Shown here piece by piece: positions 58,547-64,000 of a stretch of 64,000 nt of DNA. The translations under genes and the position numbers were made by a program. Position 1 is the stretch's first letter, and each line of letters begins with the position of its first letter. Below the pieces are notes generated by a model that saw nothing but the letters and a program-made list of their open reading frames with translations, had not been told where the DNA came from and made no database searches. The stretch lies in NCBI GenBank assembly GCA_050010555.1, contig JBEKKV010000002.1:47815-111814 (forward strand). Reading direction: 5' to 3'. The DNA comes from Dehalococcoidia bacterium. GTDB taxonomy: Bacteria; Chloroflexota; Dehalococcoidia; DSTF01; JALHUB01.

Positions 58547-59164
58547 CTATAGCCGCGGCCTCGAAACGAAGTCGTTTCCCGACAGGTAGAACCGCAGCTT
58601 TCGGTTCTTCCACTCCTTTGCGTAGGCGACGCCCACTCTCCGCGTCGCCTCGATCTGCGATGCTGTGACCCTTTCGCCCCTGTCCTCGATCCAGATGGAG
58701 TCTCCGCAGAGGTCGACGCCGTTCAGGCTGCCGCCGGCGCCGAGGGCGCAAGTTAGCCGCGCCGGCCCGGAAGCGAGGAGTCGGCGGTCCTTCCCGCGGC
58801 GATTCGCCGCCATCTCTTCGACGCCTTCCACGGGCTCCAGCGCGCGCAGCAGGACCGCGCCGGCGCGGCCTTCTGTCTCCGTCACAACGTTCATCATCCA
58901 AAACAGGCCGTAGATGAAGTACATGTACAGACGCCCGCCCTCGCCGAACATCACATCCGTGCGCCTGGTCCGGCCGCGGGAGGCGTGGGACGCCGTGTCC
59001 CGCACGCCCAGGTACGCCTCAGTCTCGACGATCTTGCCGGCCAGACGCTTTCCCGCCGGCTCGTACACCAGGTACTTGCCGAGGAGCCCTCTCGCCACTG
59101 TGCGAGCATCGCGCTCATAAAAGGAACGTTCGAGCTTATTATGGAGTTCTGGCCCGGAGTTCAT
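58547..59164 (-). CDS. mpg: DNA-3-methyladenine glycosylase (Mpg/AAG family)
   Basis: FYERDARTVARGLLGKYLV...IVETEAYLG...GRLYMYFIYG. The start is chosen at the internal Met of the longer ORF. Confidence 0.8.
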   Translation of the reverse strand: MNSGPELHNKLERSFYERDARTVARGLLGKYLVYEPAGKRLAGKIVETEAYLGVRDTASHASRGRTRRTDVMFGEGGRLYMYFIYGLFWMMNVVTETEGRAGAVLLRALEPVEGVEEMAANRRGKDRRLLASGPARLTCALGAGGSLNGVDLCGDSIWIEDRGERVTASQIEATRRVGVAYAKEWKNRKLRFYLSGNDFVSRPRL

Positions 59165-59231
59165 GCTTTCCCTGATGTCGCTTTCATGTGCTGGCCGGAG
59201 TATAGTCTCTATTATCGATCGAGAGCCAACC

Positions 59232-59681
59232 ATGACCGAAAGCAGCCTTCCGGCGGATCGAGAAGAATGGGCGGGGCTCTACGCTGCCTTCGCCATCCTG
59301 CGGAAAGAGTCAGAGAGGGCGCTTTCAGCCTGGCGATTGACGGTGCCGCAGGCGGCCGTATTGGCGCTGCTCGCCGAGGCATCCGGCCCTCTGCCGATAA
59401 CAAGGCTCGCCCGGCTTCTGCTCCAGGAAAGCCCCAGCATCACGACGCTCGTCGACCGGATGTGCGCGAGCGGTCTCGTGAAACGCACCAAGGACCCGAA
59501 CGACCGGCGTTTGGTGCTGATCCAGTTGACCGCCAAGGGCCGCCACGTCCACGACGAAGTCCGCTCCCACGCTATAGCCGTGAGCGACGAGATGTTCGGC
59601 GTCCTGACCGACGAGGAGCGCATCGCTCTCCGCCGGCTGTTGCAGAAATTCGGCCGCGCCAACGTGAAGCGTCTCCGCTGA
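59232..59681 (+). CDS. MarR-family transcriptional regulator
   Basis: LTVPQAAVLALLAEASGPLPITRLARLL...DPNDRRLVLIQLTAKG is a winged helix. It is divergent from mpg. Confidence 0.8.
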   Translation: MTESSLPADREEWAGLYAAFAILRKESERALSAWRLTVPQAAVLALLAEASGPLPITRLARLLLQESPSITTLVDRMCASGLVKRTKDPNDRRLVLIQLTAKGRHVHDEVRSHAIAVSDEMFGVLTDEERIALRRLLQKFGRANVKRLR

Positions 59682-59819
59682 TCGTGGCGAGGTCAGCGAC
59701 GGCAGATTCCCTCGTCAGGCACCACAACCAACCCACCCGACCCTCAGCCCTTCGATTTCCGGGATCAAGGCGGCTGATGTGCGTCCCGACGAGCCCCTAG
59801 CGGTGGTATGCGGCTCCGC

Positions 59820-61139
59820 TTACGTCAGCAGGCGCCTCCTTGCGTACCAGCCTGCTGCGCCCAGCAGCAGTAAGCCTGCAATCGTCCCGCCGATGACGGC
59901 GTATGGCACCGACGTGCCTCCCGAAGCGCCGGGGGAAACGTCCGGCGGCTCTGCCACGCCGCCCACGTAGCCGGGGGGTATGGTGTTTGTTGGCGTCGGC
60001 GTCCGAGTTGGCGTCGGCGTGGTGGTCGGAGTGGGAGTGGGCGTGCTAGTCGCCGGGTTGGGCGACACGAAGATCATGTCCACGACCGACCAAGGCAGGA
60101 CGCCGTTGCCGTCTTCGTCGTAGCACTGGATCTTGAGAGGGGCGACTTGAGTTACATCGCACAGGTTGTACGGTTCGGTTGCCGGGAGTGCCCCGTGGTT
60201 CGGCGAAGTGTTGTGGTCGGGCTTGCTCTGCCACGGTGGCACGAGGCCGTCAGTGTGAGACGCACTGGCCACAGGTGGCAGGGGGGGATTGGTGGCGTAG
60301 GTCCAGGGATCGGAGACGGTGATAGTCCCAAGGCCAAACGCGCCCCCAACGCTGTTGTAGCCTACGCCGGCGACCACGTGGGCGGTCTCGGGCGTTGGGG
60401 AAGTCATCCTCTCCAGCCACAGCAGAACGTCCTGGCCGCTACTCAGCTCGGTCTGGTAATCCGCGAATTGGGGCGGGCCCGCGACCTGGCTGACACCGGG
60501 CACGCCGCCGGGCGCGACTGCTCCCGGGCCACACGGGTTGCGAGAGTTCATGGTGGGCACGGTCCGGTTGACTATCAGCCCGGTGCCGATCCCGCACTTG
60601 GCCGGGTCGAGGATGTCGTGGACCGCCAGGCCGCTGCCGTAGTTGTTCACATAGTCCCTGAGGCCGATCAGGTAATCCCACTCCTCAACCCCTTGGCCGT
60701 AGCAGTAGTTGGCCTCACCGGCATCCTTGATGCCGTTCTGGTTGGCATCCTTGAATGTGCTCTCGGCCATCTTTCGCAAGACGGTTGGGTAGCCGAGAAT
60801 GGCCGCCCCGTCGACGGGGTCGCGCGCATCGTACCAGCAGGGGCTCGCGGGGTTCGTGCTTGCAGCTTCGGTGTTCTTCCACGGTTCCCCCGCGCCGCCC
60901 AACAGCCCTGTCTGCCCGGCGTTATCCGCGAACCACCAGAACGAGTCGGCAGCCGCCCCGGCCCAGCACCAGGCGTCCGAGTGCTGGCCGAGGTCGGGCA
61001 TGGAAACCTTCCAGAAGCTCGCCGGCGGCGCTTGCGCCTGCGCCGATCCGCCAACGGAGTGCAGCAGGGCGAGTGCGAGGACGGGGGCTATCGCCGCCAA
61101 CAAAACCGCACCAACTAGAACCGAGACTGTCTTCTTCAT
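59820..61139 (-). CDS. Secreted papain-like cysteine peptidase-fold protein with a Pro/Thr linker and a C-terminal TM anchor ending WYARRR
   Basis: Signal peptide. QHSDAWCWAGAAADSFWW (Cys in a papain-like CW context). TAHVVAGVGYN (His in a papain-like HxxxxGYG context). PT-repeat linker. C-terminus VPYAVIGGTIAGLLLLGAAGWYARRRLLT. Confidence 0.5.
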   Translation of the reverse strand: MKKTVSVLVGAVLLAAIAPVLALALLHSVGGSAQAQAPPASFWKVSMPDLGQHSDAWCWAGAAADSFWWFADNAGQTGLLGGAGEPWKNTEAASTNPASPCWYDARDPVDGAAILGYPTVLRKMAESTFKDANQNGIKDAGEANYCYGQGVEEWDYLIGLRDYVNNYGSGLAVHDILDPAKCGIGTGLIVNRTVPTMNSRNPCGPGAVAPGGVPGVSQVAGPPQFADYQTELSSGQDVLLWLERMTSPTPETAHVVAGVGYNSVGGAFGLGTITVSDPWTYATNPPLPPVASASHTDGLVPPWQSKPDHNTSPNHGALPATEPYNLCDVTQVAPLKIQCYDEDGNGVLPWSVVDMIFVSPNPATSTPTPTPTTTPTPTRTPTPTNTIPPGYVGGVAEPPDVSPGASGGTSVPYAVIGGTIAGLLLLGAAGWYARRRLLT

Positions 61140-61766
61140 GTTCTAACCTCTCGTTTCTTGCTGCTCGACGGGCCTTCTCGAGTCGTACCTCCCATGGTTG
61201 AGTACTTCCGGCTGGGCCCGTCGGGCCAAATCGCCGCCGTTCGTACTGGGGCCGCGAGCGGCATCGCCACGCGACGGCGGCCAACCCCGCTATGTGCTGC
61301 CGTCGTCACCTCCTTTCGCCAACGAGGCCCTCACGGTTGAAGTCCAAAGAGCCGACCCTTTAGAATGCAAAGTGCTAGGGTCTGCGCCCGCATTCCTTAG
61401 CTTGGCCCCGTTGGCCACCACCATCGGGGCCTCTTTATGTCGCGTAGACGATGCTCTAGTGTTCGACGCAGCGCGCAAACAAAAACCGGCCGGAGAATCT
61501 CCAGTCGGCCTTCATCAAAGGCTTGCGCCCTGGGCCCCTGGCCCTCATCAATCGCAGACACGCTGCCGACATCTTGTCCGCCGTGCCCTTAGCCGCGGCC
61601 CGCTTCCCGCCAGCCGCTCGGGAAGGGAAGCCTGCGGCCAGCCCGGGCTCTTAGAGACACGCATTATACACCGCCTGTCAAGAGGCCGCTAGCGCATCTC
61701 ATCCGAGTCTATGGGAGGCTTGACGAATCTGCGTTTCGCCTTGTGAGCCGCTTCGTGCGCTGAGCG

Positions 61767-62741
61767 TTAAGGAGAGCCGGACGGGGTCGATTGCGCGCTG
61801 GCGGGCTTGGGGAAGACTTCTCCAGCAGCCGCGGCCGCGATTTGAGGCGCGAGCCAGCGAGCGACGACGTAGGAGCCTTCCGGCGTGAAGTGAACGCCGT
61901 CGTAGCGCATGCGGACGCCGTCGATGTACAGGTCCTCGAACTTGCCATGAGGGCAAATGAAGCTCGCCAGGTCGATGAGCGACACTCTGTCCGGATGTTC
62001 CTCGGCGAAGCGACGGTACAGTGCGTTCAACTCGTCGTCGCGCCAGCGGGCGTCCGCTTCCGCCGCCGCGCCGCCGTCGGACAGCATCAGCCAGAGGTCT
62101 GGTCGCGGGTACGGCCACGTCAGCAGTATTAGCTTGCCGTTCGGCGGGACCACATTGTCGAGTATCGCCTGCACGTGGTCGAGGACATACTGTTTCCATT
62201 CCAGGGTGCCGGTCTTGAGGGTAACCCCGTTCACGATGTGGTTCGGGTAGTCCCAGCCGCCGAACAACATCAGGACCACGTCCGGCTGGTAGTTCATGGC
62301 GTCCCAGGCCCAACTGTTCCGCCACTGCTGGCACTGTTGCTCGTGCTCTATTGAGAGCTTCCCGGTCATGTCGATCATCATGTCCGATGGGAGGAAGCCG
62401 CAAAAGAGACCGCCGCGATTCAGGATCGAGAAGTTCCAGTCTCGTCCCACGTCCGTCAAGCCGGGATCCAGCGCGATTCCGAGCGAATCGCCGATAATCA
62501 TCATCCGCAGCGGCTTGCTCGATGCCGGGTCGATTGGAGTTGGCGTCGCCGTCGGTCCGGGGACCTGCGTGGTGGTGCGCTGGGCTTCCGCCGCTGCCAC
62601 CTGCCGCTTGGCCGACGCGCGGCCACAAGAAAGCGCCGTCAACACCAGGCAGGCGATAACAATCGTCAGGCCGACCCTTCTCGCCCCGGCCGAATGCGCT
62701 GCTGTGCGCGGGAGCAGCGGTCTTGGGAGCGAAAGACGCAT
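61767..62741 (-). CDS. SGNH/GDSL-family hydrolase with an N-terminal signal anchor
   Basis: MIIGDSL (block I GDS). DGVHFT (block V DxxH). Confidence 0.7.
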   Translation of the reverse strand: MRLSLPRPLLPRTAAHSAGARRVGLTIVIACLVLTALSCGRASAKRQVAAAEAQRTTTQVPGPTATPTPIDPASSKPLRMMIIGDSLGIALDPGLTDVGRDWNFSILNRGGLFCGFLPSDMMIDMTGKLSIEHEQQCQQWRNSWAWDAMNYQPDVVLMLFGGWDYPNHIVNGVTLKTGTLEWKQYVLDHVQAILDNVVPPNGKLILLTWPYPRPDLWLMLSDGGAAAEADARWRDDELNALYRRFAEEHPDRVSLIDLASFICPHGKFEDLYIDGVRMRYDGVHFTPEGSYVVARWLAPQIAAAAAGEVFPKPASAQSTPSGSP

Positions 62742-62871
62742 CGTGAGGCCTCCTGAGGCGTCGTCGGGAACCGAACCTTGCGAGGGCCGATGGACTGATT
62801 ATAATTGAACCTGTCAGGCTGTCAACTTCCGTTCAGGCATTTGACGACTCTGCTAGAATTGAATTGAGAGG

Positions 62872-63474
62872 ATGGTGAGGGGTATGGCAATGCCAGCAGA
62901 AGCGCCCGAGGAGCCGCAAGCGGAATCGGGCGTACTCCAAACAGCAACATTCGCCGGCGGCTGCTTCTGGTGCACCGAGGCGATCTTCAAGAGAATCAGG
63001 GGCGTCCAGTCAGTCACGTCCGGCTACACCGGCGGCCAGATGGAGAACCCCTCGTACGGGCAGGTTTCGAGCGGCCATACGGGTCACGCGGAGGCGGTGC
63101 AGGTCACATTCGACCCGCACGTCGTCTCCTACGATAGCCTTCTCGACGTCTTCTGGTCGACCCACGACCCGACGACACTCGACAGGCAAGGCGCCGACGT
63201 CGGCCACCAGTACCGTTCGGCAGTCTTCTATCACGACGAAGAGCAGCGTCGCGCGGCGGAGGCGTCTCGCGAAAGGTGGCAGGCGTCGGGCAAGTTCCAG
63301 GACAAGATCGTGACCAGCGTCGAGCCGTTTTCGCGGTTCTACCCGGCTGAGGGCTACCACCAGGACTACTACGACGCCAACCCGCACGCGTCTTATTGCT
63401 CGATAGTAATCGAACCCAAGATCCGGAAGCTGCTACGCGACTTCCGCGATGAGGTGAAGGAGGAGTACCGGTGA
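62872..63474 (+). CDS. msrA: Peptide-methionine (S)-S-oxide reductase
   Basis: ATFAGGCFWCTEA active site. Confidence 0.95.
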   Translation: MVRGMAMPAEAPEEPQAESGVLQTATFAGGCFWCTEAIFKRIRGVQSVTSGYTGGQMENPSYGQVSSGHTGHAEAVQVTFDPHVVSYDSLLDVFWSTHDPTTLDRQGADVGHQYRSAVFYHDEEQRRAAEASRERWQASGKFQDKIVTSVEPFSRFYPAEGYHQDYYDANPHASYCSIVIEPKIRKLLRDFRDEVKEEYR

Positions 63475-63887
63475 AGGCAAGCAAAATGAAAGTAACCGAT
63501 GAGATGAAGGAGAAGCTGACGCCGGAGCAGTACAACGTCTGCTTCTTAAAGGGGACCGAGCCGGCGTTTTCCGGCAAGTATACGGACAACCACGCGCCGG
63601 GCAGTTATCGCTGCGCGGTCTGCGGCACAGAGCTGTTCACGTCTGAGTCGAAGTTCGACTCCGGCACCGGCTGGCCGTCCTTCGACCGCGCCGAAGGAAA
63701 CGAGCGCATCGAATACACCGACGACTACTCGTACGGGATGCGGCGTACGGAGGTAACCTGCGCGAACTGCAGCTCGCACCTGGGCCACGTGTTCGACGAC
63801 GGCCCGACGGCAACCGGCAAGCGCTACTGCATCAACTCGCTATCGCTGGAGTTCGTCCCCAAAGACAAAGTGCCGACTAGCGATTAG
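63471..63887 (+). CDS. msrB: Peptide-methionine (R)-S-oxide reductase
   Basis: CAVCG...CANCSSHLGHVF...RYCINS. Overlaps msrA by 4 nt. Confidence 0.95.
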   Translation: MKASKMKVTDEMKEKLTPEQYNVCFLKGTEPAFSGKYTDNHAPGSYRCAVCGTELFTSESKFDSGTGWPSFDRAEGNERIEYTDDYSYGMRRTEVTCANCSSHLGHVFDDGPTATGKRYCINSLSLEFVPKDKVPTSD

Positions 63888-64000
63888 CGCGTCCTCCGCC
63901 AGCGCCTCCGCGCATACCAGGTGCCTGCTCCGATAGCCGCCGCTGCTGCCATCGGGATGCCTGTCAGTAAAGCGAACGGCGTTGACGATGAGGTTGATTT
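63884..64000 (-). CDS. C-terminal fragment of a gene running into the window edge: Ser/Thr-rich segment, then a TM helix, then WYARRRWRRTR
   Basis: Manual minus-strand translation gives ...KSTSSSTPFALLTGIPMAAAAAIGAGTWYARRRWRRTR*. It shares the tail motif with the 59820..61139 protein. Confidence 0.4.
   Translation of the reverse strand, partial: KSTSSSTPFALLTGIPMAAAAAIGAGTWYARRRWRRTR

Noticed and set aside
61198-61692. 164-aa + ORF in the 627-nt gap
   Set aside because: The Arg/Pro/Ala-rich composition is typical of GC-driven spurious ORFs. It has no motifs and no RBS.

Overview
This is a high-GC (roughly high-60s % by eye) bacterial chromosomal segment. Most of it is densely packed, mostly minus-strand housekeeping genes.

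Clusters I can support from the sequence:
- tsaD.
- A polyamine cluster: speH (AdoMetDC), a deoxyhypusine-synthase-like gene, and agmatinase.
- parB, parA, a PfkB kinase, jag, yidC, a PQQ-propeller lipoprotein, yidD, rnpA and an unlisted rpmH with a canonical promoter.
- alr, etfBA plus a membrane HdrD-like Fe-S oxidoreductase, and dnaK-grpE-hrcA.
- rho, tal, pyrG and otsA.
- A heme block: hemL, HAD, hemB, an inserted gene, cobA/hemD, hemC, hemA, then sirC and a radical-SAM/SPASM AhbD/NirJ-like gene.
- A riboflavin block: dcd-ribD-ribE-ribBA-ribH.
- mpg, marR and msrAB.

The most unusual content is at the left edge. A 5'-truncated IS4/IS5-type DDE transposase is followed by a lower-GC, translationally coupled two-gene cassette. 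The first gene encodes a Panacea-domain (PanA antitoxin-like) protein. The second encodes an HslV/20S-proteasome-beta-like N-terminal-Thr peptidase. Next to it sits an XRE-HTH gene with a perfect 18-bp palindromic operator, overlapping a DUF2851 gene.

Three other observations stand out. A low-GC gene with an Rx4H (HEPN-like) motif is inserted inside the heme operon. Two secreted proteins share a C-terminal tail, P[YF]A[VL][IL]xG, then a TM helix, then GxWYARRR, that looks like a sorting signal. The alanine racemase has no canonical start codon.

No CRISPR array, rRNA or tRNA was recognised. Many long antisense ORFs in the six-frame track are GC artefacts and were ignored.
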